Part shown: piece after piece, positions 1 to 8,751 of the stretch
How positions within the stretch are numbered: position 1 is the first letter of the stretch
Layout: each line of letters starts with the position of its first letter
Source: an uncultured Holophagales bacterium
GTDB lineage: Bacteria > Acidobacteriota > Thermoanaerobaculia > Multivoradales > UBA5704
Reading direction: 5' to 3'
Length of the DNA: 64,000 bases
NCBI GenBank assembly: GCA_963842525.1
Contig: CAWJGT010000003.1
Span: 1,216,001-1,280,000 of the forward strand
Translations under genes and position numbers: made by a program
Notes under the pieces: generated by a model
Seen by the model: the letters and a program-made list of their open reading frames with translations, nothing else
Databases searched by the model: none
Told to the model about the DNA's origin: nothing

Positions 1-933
1 TCCCGGCTCGAGGCTCGCGTCGTCCGTGCCGAAGCTCATGTTGATGACCTTGGCGCCCAGGTCCACTGCCATTTTCATGGCCATGTCAAGGTCGCTGATG
101 GCGCCGATGCCGACGGCGTTCGTCTTGCCGGGGAAGCGCGCCGCGCCGAGCCCGCGCAACGGCAGGATGCAGGCCTCGCCGGCCAGGCCGGGCGGCATCG
201 CCACGCCGAGCGCGCCGATGATGCCGGCGCAGCCCATGCCATGGCCGACGAAACGGTCCACCGGGCTCGCATCCGCCCGCGACGAGTCGCCCAGGAGCTC
301 GAGCCCGAGCGCCACGTCCGAGCGGCCGAGCTGCACGGTGTCGTAGCCGGCGCGCAGCCGCCCCGCCAGCTCGGGATGGTCCGGCGCCACACCGCTGTCC
401 ACCACCGCAACGATCACCGCGGGATCGCCCTGCTCGTAGGCGAGCGCCTCCGCCGCGTGCACCTGCTGCCAGGGCGCCCATTCCAGCTCGTTCTCGGCGC
501 CGGCCGACAGCTCGAAGGGGGTGACGCAGCAATAGTTGGGCGAAGCGGCCTCCACGATGGCGACCTGGCTGAGCGAGTCCACCAGCGGCTCGATCGCGGT
601 GCCCGCGGGCACGTCGATGCGGAAGGTGCGGGCGAGGCCGAAGATCTGCTCGCGGTCGTCGAAGCCCTGATGCCGCTCGCCGGGCCGGCCGAGGCTCGCG
701 GCTGCCGCGTGCACCCGCGCCACCCGCAGGCCGCCGGCGAAGTGGCGCACGATGCGGTCCACCACGCCGCCGTCCAGCTTTTCTCTGGCGGGCAGGTACC
801 CGGGGCGCACGTCCAGGGCCGTCGGGATCGCTTCGGGAGCCTCGCCCAGCGCGAGCTTCAGCACCACGCTGCCCGGCAGGCAGTAGGCGCGTCCGTGGGT
901 GGCCCAGGGCATGGCGAGCGCGCTGGATTTCAT
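1..933 (-). CDS. S8 family subtilisin-like serine peptidase (3' end runs off window)
   Basis: Manual translation from ATG 933 (MKSSALAMPW...) gives VAVVDSG, GHGMGCAGII and VINMSFG subtilase motifs. ATGA overlap with the upstream stop. Absent from the ORF track because it has no stop in the window. Confidence 0.9.
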   Translation of the reverse strand, partial: MKSSALAMPWATHGRAYCLPGSVVLKLALGEAPEAIPTALDVRPGYLPAREKLDGGVVDRIVRHFAGGLRVARVHAAAASLGRPGERHQGFDDREQIFGLARTFRIDVPAGTAIEPLVDSLSQVAIVEAASPNYCCVTPFELSAGAENELEWAPWQQVHAAEALAYEQGDPAVIVAVVDSGVAPDHPELAGRLRAGYDTVQLGRSDVALGLELLGDSSRADASPVDRFVGHGMGCAGIIGALGVAMPPGLAGEACILPLRGLGAARFPGKTNAVGIGAISDLDMAMKMAVDLGAKVINMSFGTDDASLEPG

Positions 934-1691
934 AACGCACCTCCTGGGTCGCCCGACCCTCTGGTGCCATTGCCGCCGTTGCCGCCGCGCCAGAAAGGGC
1001 GCAGATCGAAGGCCATGGCGGCGGCCCGCTGCGGTGCGGGCTCGACGACGAGCTCGCCGGCCATCTGGTGCGCCAGCGGCGCGATCACCAGCTCGCGCTC
1101 GTCGGCGCGCACCACGCTCACGGGCTCTCCTCCCACCGTGACGCGCGGCAGGCCCTCCTTCATCAGGTTCCGGCCGCGGATGCGCACCAGGTTGGGCAGG
1201 CCCGCGGCCTCCTCGTGCGACGGCGGCACCGGCAGCACGTGCTCCACCAGCGGCGCCGAGGCGCGCTCCAGGGCGTTGCGCAGGCGGTCCACCGGCAGGT
1301 TGGTGACGCGCCCCACGGTGCGCGAATCCCCCCGCTCTTCGATCTCGCGCAGCTTCGACACGGTGCGCACGCCCACCCATTCGAGCCGGCGCCGCTCGTC
1401 CTCTGAGAGGTCGTCCTTGAGCTCGTCGATCGATCTCTCCTGGGGGTCTTCCGAGAAGGCGATGGCGTTCTCCTCGATCATCGGCCGCGTGATGGCGGCG
1501 AATTCGAGATGGAAGACGCTCGCTTCCTTGTCGCTGGCGCTCGCCGGCCGGATGCGGATCTCCGAGCGGGCAAACTCCACGTGGGCGCGCAGGTCGAGCT
1601 TGATGTCACGGATGGCGAAAGTGAGCGGAAGGTCGAGGTTGCGCGCCTTGACCGCCATCGCCGTCTGGGCGTTGTCGAGCTGGCTCTGCAC
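930..1691 (-). CDS. Hypothetical protein: N-terminal helix+strand module, HhH/SAM-like middle, C-terminal IPT/TIG-like domain; true start probably ~1737
   Basis: 253-aa ORF. C-terminus LVRIRGRNL...RVTVGGEPVSVVRADERELVIAP resembles IPT/TIG. The frame stays open upstream to the TGA at 1734-1736. Confidence 0.7.
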   Translation of the reverse strand: MQSQLDNAQTAMAVKARNLDLPLTFAIRDIKLDLRAHVEFARSEIRIRPASASDKEASVFHLEFAAITRPMIEENAIAFSEDPQERSIDELKDDLSEDERRRLEWVGVRTVSKLREIEERGDSRTVGRVTNLPVDRLRNALERASAPLVEHVLPVPPSHEEAAGLPNLVRIRGRNLMKEGLPRVTVGGEPVSVVRADERELVIAPLAHQMAGELVVEPAPQRAAAMAFDLRPFWRGGNGGNGTRGSGDPGGAL

Positions 1692-1733
1692 CGCCTGGAT
1701 GAAGTGCTCCAGAGGCAGGGTGGAGTCAGAAGC

Positions 1734-1982
1734 TCACGAGGCCTCCCTTTTCGCCCAGACGACGTGCAGGCGAGCCGGCGGCGTGTCGAAGACGGTGCGG
1801 GTGATGGTGCGCGGCACGTCGCCGAGCAGCTCGATCTCGTCCCCCGCGCGATGCCACGCGACCTCGATGGGAAGGTCGACCTCAATGGCCTGCACCAGGA
1901 GGCCCGGCGCCGCGGCCAGGGCGTCCAACGTGCCCGCGGCCACCTCGGCGAGCATGTTGGCGAGGGTGCGGCGAGCGGTCAT
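1734..1982 (-). CDS. Small hypothetical protein (82 aa, MTARRTLANMLAEV...)
   Basis: ATG at 1982 overlaps the TGA of the upstream gene (ATGA); operon context. Confidence 0.75.
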   Translation of the reverse strand: MTARRTLANMLAEVAAGTLDALAAAPGLLVQAIEVDLPIEVAWHRAGDEIELLGDVPRTITRTVFDTPPARLHVVWAKREAS

Positions 1983-3043
1983 CGCGTGCCTCCGGCGGGC
2001 GGTGCGGCAGGTGCCGGCGGGGTGGCAGGCGCCGTTTCGGGTGCTGCCGGCGGTGCTGCCGGTCGTGGTGCGGTGATACTGGCCGCGGCCCGCGCGTGCC
2101 GTTCCAGCAGGGTGCGCTTGGCTTCGTCGACGAAGCGGTCGAGGGGGACCGTCTCGCTGGCGAAGTTGATCTTCACCTCGCCGAAGAGCTCGGCCTTGAG
2201 CTCGCTGTCGGTCTGTGCGTTGACGCCCACCGTGGACACCTTGGTGGAGGGCAGCGAAAACGTGCGGCTGCCGCGCCGGCCCCACTCGCTGCCGCTACCG
2301 CCCGGATCGTCCGACACCGCATAGTCCACCTTGGCGTGGTCGGCCGCCGCGGCGCGAAAGCGCAGCCGTGCGCCGATGCTGCCGTCCTTCACCACGACGC
2401 GGTGCATGCCGAGCAGGACCATGGTCGACAGGGTCTGCAGCCGGTTGCGCGCCACGCGCTCGCGTGCCCGCGGCACGAGCTGCTCTTCGACGAGCTCGGG
2501 CGTCAGCTCCTCGCCGGCGAGCCCGAAGTCGGCCAGCCATTCGGGCGGCGGGGGAGCTTCTTCGTCTTCGGCGGCCTGCTTGCGAGGCAGGACGCGCGGG
2601 GACTCCGCGTCCCGCAGCAGGACGAGGTCGTGCGGATATTGCTCCACCAGCCAATCGCGAGCCTGGTTGAGCGAAACGTTTTCCTGGGTAAACTGATCGA
2701 TCGGCTTGGCGACCGCCGCCACGAGGTCGGCAAAGCTTTCCATCTGGCGGATGGCGGAATCGACGATCGCGTCGAAAGTACCGTGCACCAGCGAGGCGAC
2801 GAACTCGGGAAAATCCAATTCATCAGACAGCGCCCCCGCGCGCCGGCCGATCGTCTCGGTCGCCGCCTCCCGCTTGGAGCCCGAACCGTTCCCGTCAAAG
2901 GTTGGCTCCGGTGAGGCCGGCTCGGGCTCGTCGATCTCCCGCCCGAAGGCATCGCGCGCCAGCGACTGCGCAACAGGCGCCGCCTCGGCCCGGCGCACGG
3001 CCGGCGGCGGCGGAGGCAGTCTCTTGTCGTTCCCGTGGGCCAC
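1979..3043 (-). CDS. Conserved hypothetical, mostly helical protein (DFPEFVASLVHGTFDAIVDSAIRQM motif) with beta-rich C-terminus
   Basis: 354-aa ORF with GGAG RBS upstream; coupled to the next gene. Confidence 0.8.
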   Translation of the reverse strand: MAHGNDKRLPPPPPAVRRAEAAPVAQSLARDAFGREIDEPEPASPEPTFDGNGSGSKREAATETIGRRAGALSDELDFPEFVASLVHGTFDAIVDSAIRQMESFADLVAAVAKPIDQFTQENVSLNQARDWLVEQYPHDLVLLRDAESPRVLPRKQAAEDEEAPPPPEWLADFGLAGEELTPELVEEQLVPRARERVARNRLQTLSTMVLLGMHRVVVKDGSIGARLRFRAAAADHAKVDYAVSDDPGGSGSEWGRRGSRTFSLPSTKVSTVGVNAQTDSELKAELFGEVKINFASETVPLDRFVDEAKRTLLERHARAAASITAPRPAAPPAAPETAPATPPAPAAPPAGGTR

Positions 3044-3064
3044 GTTCGGCTCCGTTCCTTCGGA

Positions 3065-6000
3065 TCAGTGAACCAACGCCGTCTGCCACCTGCTGCGGCG
3101 CTCGAGCTGTCCATCACCGTAAAGGGTCAATTCGGTAATTCCCAACGGCGTAGAGCCGTCCGGCGCCGTGAAGCGGTACTCGATCTGCACCTTCAGCGTC
3201 GAGATCCCCGCACCGTTCGTGCCCGGCGGCACGGGCTCGTCCAGGATGCGGGCGTGCACGTCGAGCGTGACGCTGTTGGCATTGCGAGCCTCGCCCGCGG
3301 CGATGCGGATGTTGCCGACGCCGCCCGATTCGAACTCCCAATCGACCGTCAGCGGCAGGCTGGCGGGACCGTCGCTTCCTTCCACATAGGGCCAGTCGCT
3401 CAGCCGCACCGTTGGCGTAATGCAGGACGCTGCGCCCGGCGCCACTCCCGGCGGCCGTTTGAAGCCGCGCAACTGGTCGAGCTGCCAGCGGATGTTGCCG
3501 GCCGCTCCCTCCACGCGCTCGATCGCAGCGCCTGGGAACAGGGGAGGTACGATGGCGCCGGTCGCCTCGTCGAGAGCGACGGCGCGGCGTATCTGCTGGT
3601 GGAGAGGCGCCCCGTTGCTCGGCGCCGGCGCGGCCTGCGCGAGCGCCAGCGACTGAGCGGCGGTTGCCTGCACGGCTTCGAAGACCTGGATCGGCAACAC
3701 GCCGAGCCCCACGCCCAGGCCGAAGGTGACGCCCTGGAAGCGCCACGAGGTATCGAACAACGCCTGGGCGCTGACCGAAACGCCCAGATCCACTTCCACC
3801 CCGGTCGCCCAACTGATGCCGGAGAAGCTCTCGATGCCGCCGGAGACAATGGTGAACTGGAGCTCCACCGACGCGCTTGCGAGGATGAGGCCGGTGCGAA
3901 TGTCGAACTGGCCGTAGAAGCCGATCTCGTCGTCGGGCGCGAAGATGATGCCCGCGCCCCCTCCGCCGCCGACCAGGATGAAGCCGACGTTCGCCGTCGG
4001 GCCGATGGCGATGCTCACGTTGTAGCGGTTCGCCGCCGCGCGCACCATCGCGACCAGCGCCGACGCGGGGAACAGCGCGGCGAGCGCTACCTCCCTTTCC
4101 CACCACGACGCCTCGTCCGTCGGCGGAAAGCGAGCCGGACGGCGCTCGGTCCCCAGGGCGCGCACTACGCCCCGGCCTTGTGGCAGTGTCGGCGCGGCGC
4201 TCGCGGCGCTGGCCAGCGGCGCCGAAGGACCGAGAAATGCCTGGAGGTCCTCGGCAGGCACCCCCTGAGAGAGCAGGCGGGTTACGAGCTCCACTAGGCT
4301 GGGGCCGATCTCGCCGGCCCGGGCGATGACCTGCTCGGCGCTCGCCGCGCTGAAGGCGCGAGCGCTCTGGACCACCTGCACCGCGGGGAGGCTGGCCGCC
4401 ATAGCATAACCGCGTGGCGTGGTCTGACGGTTGGGCGTGTAGCGACGGGCGTACGGGATACCATTCTCATCGCTGCCGGCGTGCGAAATCTGCACATTCA
4501 CCGCCCCTGTGGGCGAAACGGTCACGCGGTCCTCGTACTCGCGCACGAAGCTCTCCCACGTCAGGATGTAGCGGCTGCCCCTATTGTGGGTTCCCAGATT
4601 GGGACCGAGCGTACCGATCGTAGGAGCCGGACCAAAATCCCAGGGATCGGCGATGCGCACAAAGGTGTCGGAGCCGTCCGGCGCGCCGTCGCTGTACATG
4701 CCGGTGACGACGATGGCATGGCCGTTACCGGATCGCGCTATGCCGATCCACAGCGGGCCGCACGTTTCCAGCAGATTGCGAAAGGCGTCGAGGGAGTAGG
4801 ACTGGGGCTCTTCATACGCGAGCCCGATATCGATTGCAAACTGCTGCCGCTCGCTGGCATAGAAATTGGTTGTGGTGGTACGACCCTGGCTCACGGCAAC
4901 GTATTCGGGCGTCACCGTTCGATGATCCCGCCAGCCCAGAACCATGGCCGCCGCGGTAGCCCAGCAGGAATTGCCGGTCGGCTGGTTAATGAGATTCACA
5001 TCCCAGTTGATCGAGAAGGACTCGTTTGCCAGCGGACGCGCGACGCTGCGGCTGGCTGCCATGGCATAACCGGCTGGTGCGGTCTGACGGTTTGGCACAT
5101 GGCTGCCGATGCCGCCCGCGTGCAGGATCTGCACATTCACCGCGCCCGTGGGCGAAACGCTGGAGCGGTTCTGGTACTCGCGCACGAAAGTGTCCCATGT
5201 CAGGATGTAGCGGCTACCCGTGTTGTGTGTCCTAAGATTGGGGCCGAGGGTGCCAACCGGAGCCGGACCGAAGTCCCAGGGATCGGTGATGCGGACGTAA
5301 GTGTCGGAACCGTCAGGCGCGCCGTCGCTGTACATGCCGGTGACGACGACGACATGGCCGCCGCGGCCTCGCTGTACGCTCACCCAGAGCGGCCCGCACC
5401 TTTCGAGCATGTCGCGAAAGCCCTCGATGCTATAGGACTTGGGCGCCTCGTAGATGAGCCCGACCTCCTCGGCGAACAGCCTCCGATCGTCGCGATCCAG
5501 CCCATTCTGCAGTGTGCGGCCGGCTACTTGACCAATGTATTGGGGGTCGACCGACGCATCGTCTCGCCAACCGAGCACCATCGCTGCGGCGGTGGCCCAG
5601 CAAGACATATCGGTCGGCTGGTTGATGGGCTGCACGCCGTCCCAGTTGATCGAGAAAGACTCATTCGCCAGCGCCATGGGCGCCGGCGTGCTCGCGGAAA
5701 CTGGCGGCGGAGGAGGCGCCAGCGGACCGAAGCCGTCGTCGTAAGCCGGCGCGGCGGCCGGCGCGTGGCCATTACCGCCGGGGGCCGCGGGCGCCGGTCT
5801 CATGGCGCCTGCCGCAGGCTCCTGACCGGGAGCAGCGGCGTCGCCGGCCCACTCCAGCGCGCTCTTGCCATCGGCACCGTAGCCTGCCGCGCGCTGCTGG
5901 CGGCTCGGCACCACCCTCACCCGTTTGAGGCTCCGTCCGGTCAAACCCTGGAGCGAGATGTACGGGCTTCCCTCGCTCGGCATCACCGCCACCTGCGGCG

Positions 6001-6319
6001 CCGTGCCGTTGCGCTCCGGCATGGTGGCGAGGCCGAAATAGAGGCGGCCCTGGCCGATGAAGCGTGCCAGCACCTCGGGCGGTACGACATAGATCGCCTC
6101 GCCGCGCGGCACCAGCAGCGGCCCGCCGGCGCGGCTGGAATAGAAGTTGCCGCCGGTGCGCTCCGCCTTCTTGTCAGGGCGGAACAAGGAAGGGTCCGTC
6201 GCGACCGCCACCTCGGCGCGCTGGGGCGATCCGTCCGTACGGATCGTGAAACCGAGCATCGGAAACCGGTCGCTGACCTCGAGCCGGTTGGGACGAATCT
6301 GAGCGGCCATGACCATCAC
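3065..6319 (-). CDS. Large modular protein with two tandem papain-like (peptidase C70/AvrRpt2-like) domains
   Basis: QPTDMSCWATAAAMV...GHVVVVTG...ITDPW and QPTGNSCWATAAAMV...GHAIVVTG...IADPW give two Cys-His-Asp triads. Start overlaps the upstream stop. Confidence 0.85.
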   Translation of the reverse strand: MMVMAAQIRPNRLEVSDRFPMLGFTIRTDGSPQRAEVAVATDPSLFRPDKKAERTGGNFYSSRAGGPLLVPRGEAIYVVPPEVLARFIGQGRLYFGLATMPERNGTAPQVAVMPSEGSPYISLQGLTGRSLKRVRVVPSRQQRAAGYGADGKSALEWAGDAAAPGQEPAAGAMRPAPAAPGGNGHAPAAAPAYDDGFGPLAPPPPPVSASTPAPMALANESFSINWDGVQPINQPTDMSCWATAAAMVLGWRDDASVDPQYIGQVAGRTLQNGLDRDDRRLFAEEVGLIYEAPKSYSIEGFRDMLERCGPLWVSVQRGRGGHVVVVTGMYSDGAPDGSDTYVRITDPWDFGPAPVGTLGPNLRTHNTGSRYILTWDTFVREYQNRSSVSPTGAVNVQILHAGGIGSHVPNRQTAPAGYAMAASRSVARPLANESFSINWDVNLINQPTGNSCWATAAAMVLGWRDHRTVTPEYVAVSQGRTTTTNFYASERQQFAIDIGLAYEEPQSYSLDAFRNLLETCGPLWIGIARSGNGHAIVVTGMYSDGAPDGSDTFVRIADPWDFGPAPTIGTLGPNLGTHNRGSRYILTWESFVREYEDRVTVSPTGAVNVQISHAGSDENGIPYARRYTPNRQTTPRGYAMAASLPAVQVVQSARAFSAASAEQVIARAGEIGPSLVELVTRLLSQGVPAEDLQAFLGPSAPLASAASAAPTLPQGRGVVRALGTERRPARFPPTDEASWWEREVALAALFPASALVAMVRAAANRYNVSIAIGPTANVGFILVGGGGGAGIIFAPDDEIGFYGQFDIRTGLILASASVELQFTIVSGGIESFSGISWATGVEVDLGVSVSAQALFDTSWRFQGVTFGLGVGLGVLPIQVFEAVQATAAQSLALAQAAPAPSNGAPLHQQIRRAVALDEATGAIVPPLFPGAAIERVEGAAGNIRWQLDQLRGFKRPPGVAPGAASCITPTVRLSDWPYVEGSDGPASLPLTVDWEFESGGVGNIRIAAGEARNANSVTLDVHARILDEPVPPGTNGAGISTLKVQIEYRFTAPDGSTPLGITELTLYGDGQLERRSRWQTALVH
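4400..5675 (-). repeat. Intragenic tandem duplication (~630 bp x2) encoding the two protease domains
   Basis: Near-identical stretches, e.g. ccgtcgctgtacatgccggtgacgacga at ~4686 and ~5322; both copies run ANESFSINWD...GYAMAAS. Confidence 0.9.
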
Positions 6320-6696
6320 CTCTTCCGGGTTGAGAGTTGGACGGGCACCATGGAAAGATCGCTCGCGTCATCGCGGCGGACGTCCACGGCCCGGCGTTCG
6401 AAATCGGGCAGCGAGCGCAGGACCGTCGCGAGCGGATCCGGCGCGTCCGCGACGTCAGTGATCAGTCCGTTGTCGGTCTCGTACTGGCCTACCGCGTTGT
6501 GCAGCATCGTGGCGAACAGCTTGGCGTGGGTCGGCCCCATCGCAATGCGGGTGTGCAGCATGACGTTCGACACCTCCGGCTGGAGCTGGCCGAAATCGAT
6601 CAGGAATTCGTAGGGGTTGTGCCCCACCTCGAAATAGTTGGTATAGCGGGCCAGCGGCGCGCGCGCGGAGCGGGTGGATGGACGTTTGATCGGCAT
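6316..6696 (-). CDS. DUF3467-like small protein
   Basis: ATG 6696 with GAGG RBS; YTNYFEVGHNPYEFLIDFGQ...RIAMGPTHAK pattern typical of DUF3467. Confidence 0.7.
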   Translation of the reverse strand: MPIKRPSTRSARAPLARYTNYFEVGHNPYEFLIDFGQLQPEVSNVMLHTRIAMGPTHAKLFATMLHNAVGQYETDNGLITDVADAPDPLATVLRSLPDFERRAVDVRRDDASDLSMVPVQLSTRKR

Positions 6697-6728
6697 GCTC
6701 GGCTCGTGTCCTCGCCGCCTCCAGAGGG

Positions 6729-6744
6729 GCAAGCCGCATGCCAG
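6729..6744 (-). promoter_or_regulatory. sigma54 (-24/-12) promoter
   Basis: Minus strand CTGGCATGCGGCTTGC matches TGGCA-N6-TTGC with GG-N10-GC spacing, 33 bp upstream of ATG 6696. Confidence 0.85.
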
Positions 6745-6799
6745 CCGGGCGGCCGACGCCAACCGCTTGTTGCAATTGAGTTTCCGGCGCGCGGGGCGG

Positions 6800-6868
6800 C
6801 ACGCGGCGTCACGCGGCGTCACGCGAAGGTGTCGCACAGGGACGAGCAGAGGGTTACAGGTGTGACAC
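6800..6868. promoter_or_regulatory. Candidate upstream activator sequences for the adjacent bEBP
   Basis: Inverted repeat GTGTCGCAC (6829-6837) / GTGTGACAC (6860-6868) and a 10-bp tandem cacgcggcgt x2.5 (6800-6825), 55-125 bp upstream of -24. Confidence 0.45.
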
Positions 6869-7797
6869 TACGCCGACCGATCGATATGGTATTTCGCCAG
6901 CTTGCGGTAGAGGGTCATCCGCGACCAGTTCAAGCTCTTGGCCGCCTCCGCCTTGTTCCATTTCGTCTGTTCGAGCGCTCCCAGGAGCTGGTCCCGTTCA
7001 CTCGGCGCGCTGGCCCGATAGCGCAGGAACATGTTTTGGAATACCGGCGGCAGGTCGGCAAGGCCGATGCCTCCGCTGGGCGGATCGATGAAGATCGCTT
7101 CCACCAGGTTGCGCAGCTCGCGCACGTTGCCCGGCCAATCATGGGCCAGCAGGCAGCGGATCAGCTCGCCGTCGGGTGCGCCGACCGCGCGGCGGTCGCG
7201 GAGGTTCAATTCCTCGGTGGCATGGCGGAACAGCAGCGGGATGTCTTCCGGGCGTTCTTTCAGCGCCGGCAGATCCAGCCGCGCCACGTTGAGCCGGTAA
7301 AAGAGGTCGGTCCGAAAGCCACCGCTCTGCATCAGGGATTCGAGCGGCAGGTTGGTGGCGGCGATCACGCGCAGGTCCACGGCAACGGTCCGTCCCGCGC
7401 CCACCGGCGTGACCTCGTGGGTCTCCAGCACGCGCAGCAGCTTCGGCTGGGCGTGCAGTCTCATCTCGCCGATCTCGTCGAGGAAGAGCGTTCCGCCGTC
7501 CGCCTGGACCACATGCCCCTTGCAGGCGCTCACCGCTCCTGTGAACGCGCCGCGTTCATGGCCGAAGAGCTCCGACTCGATCAGGCTGTCCGGCAACGCC
7601 GCGCAGTTGACGGCGACGAATGGGCGGCGGGCGCGCGGGCCCAATGCATGGAGCGTCCGCGCGACCCGTTCCTTACCCGTCCCGGTGGCACCCGTGATCA
7701 GAACGGTCGCCGGCGAGCGGGCGACCTTCGGCAGATAGGCCCGCAGCGCGGCCATTGCCGGACTGATTCCCACGACCATCTCCACAAGATCGGCCAT
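6868..7797 (-). CDS. sigma54-dependent transcriptional activator (AAA+ plus Fis HTH, no sensory domain)
   Basis: GATGTGKE Walker A, ESELFGHERGAFTGA, LFLDEIGE, WPGNVREL, C-terminal HTH. Confidence 0.95.
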   Translation of the reverse strand: MADLVEMVVGISPAMAALRAYLPKVARSPATVLITGATGTGKERVARTLHALGPRARRPFVAVNCAALPDSLIESELFGHERGAFTGAVSACKGHVVQADGGTLFLDEIGEMRLHAQPKLLRVLETHEVTPVGAGRTVAVDLRVIAATNLPLESLMQSGGFRTDLFYRLNVARLDLPALKERPEDIPLLFRHATEELNLRDRRAVGAPDGELIRCLLAHDWPGNVRELRNLVEAIFIDPPSGGIGLADLPPVFQNMFLRYRASAPSERDQLLGALEQTKWNKAEAAKSLNWSRMTLYRKLAKYHIDRSA

Positions 7798-7924
7798 GTT
7801 GGGTGCTTTCCGTGCGACAACCTAGGACATTTTCGAACCTGCGTCAATCCGCGTAATCCATGCAAGCCGCCTGAACGCGGCGACTCCTTGGGTTTCGCCA
7901 GGACCCGCCGGATTCTGACCGGTT

Positions 7925-7990
7925 CCCCCCTCTCCCGTTCGGGGCGGGGGGGTGCGGGACGCACGGGAGAGGGGGGTTAGGGGGTGAGGG
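7925..7990. repeat. REP-like palindromic element (CCCCTCTCCC...GGGAGAGGGG / GGGGGTGAGG family)
   Basis: Same motif recurs at ~32376, 32461, 35350, 63347 and 63500. Confidence 0.75.
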
Positions 7991-7992
7991 GC

Positions 7993-8727
7993 CTACCGGC
8001 TCCAGTAGGTCCGGACTCCGTAGACGAGGACCGCCACGGAGAAGGCGCCGCAGACGAATCCCCAGAACCAGTAGGGCAGGAAGAGGACCTGCTGCATCTG
8101 CATGACATCCGATGGATAGATGCCGGCCGCCCGTGCGAAGAGGTAGTCGGCCCGCGAGAAGACGCTCAGGGCGAGTTGGACCCCCACGAAGACAACCAGC
8201 CACTGCGCGTGCTCCGGCGTGCTCCGGGCTACGGTGAACAAGCAGATCGCGGCGAGCAGGCCGACGAAGCCGAAGCCGAAGACGTTGCGCACCACCAGGA
8301 CCTCGGCGGCGACGAGCAGGAGGCCCAGACCCACGAGACAGGCGCGGGCTCCGTGCCCGGTCTTCCCCAGGGAAAAACAGACCGCCGCCGCCACCGCAGG
8401 CCCCACCAGTCCTCCCGCCATCGTCAACGCCTGCCGGATGCGGCCGAAGCCGTCGACGCTGAGGTGCGCTACGCCGGCTCCATTCAGCCACATTTCGAGG
8501 CGGTCGAACCTGCCGCCGAGGAGCAGGGTCGTGATCCCATGCCCCATCTCGTGCGCCAGGGTCGAGAGCAGGAGGAGCGGGCGGGCGAGGACCCGGCCGT
8601 ACGGAATCAGATACAACACCAGGGTGGCGGCGGCGCTCGCGAGGAGGACCGTCCGCGGGCTGACGGCCGACTGCGCCGCGACCGCCTGGTCGAGCAGAGA
8701 GGGCGAAGGGTTTTCTTGCGGGATCAT
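7993..8727 (-). CDS. M50 family (M50B-like) membrane metallopeptidase
   Basis: HEMGH motif, MAGGLVGP, PSD motif, multiple TM helices. Confidence 0.85.
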   Translation of the reverse strand: MIPQENPSPSLLDQAVAAQSAVSPRTVLLASAAATLVLYLIPYGRVLARPLLLLSTLAHEMGHGITTLLLGGRFDRLEMWLNGAGVAHLSVDGFGRIRQALTMAGGLVGPAVAAAVCFSLGKTGHGARACLVGLGLLLVAAEVLVVRNVFGFGFVGLLAAICLFTVARSTPEHAQWLVVFVGVQLALSVFSRADYLFARAAGIYPSDVMQMQQVLFLPYWFWGFVCGAFSVAVLVYGVRTYWSR

Positions 8728-8751
8728 GGAATGCTCCCTGGAGAGTCCGGC

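Noticed and set aside
241-7980. Long plus-strand ORFs (241-2076, 3035-4297, 4481-6613, 6337-7980)
   Set aside because: Antisense shadows of motif-bearing minus-strand genes, common in high-GC DNA.
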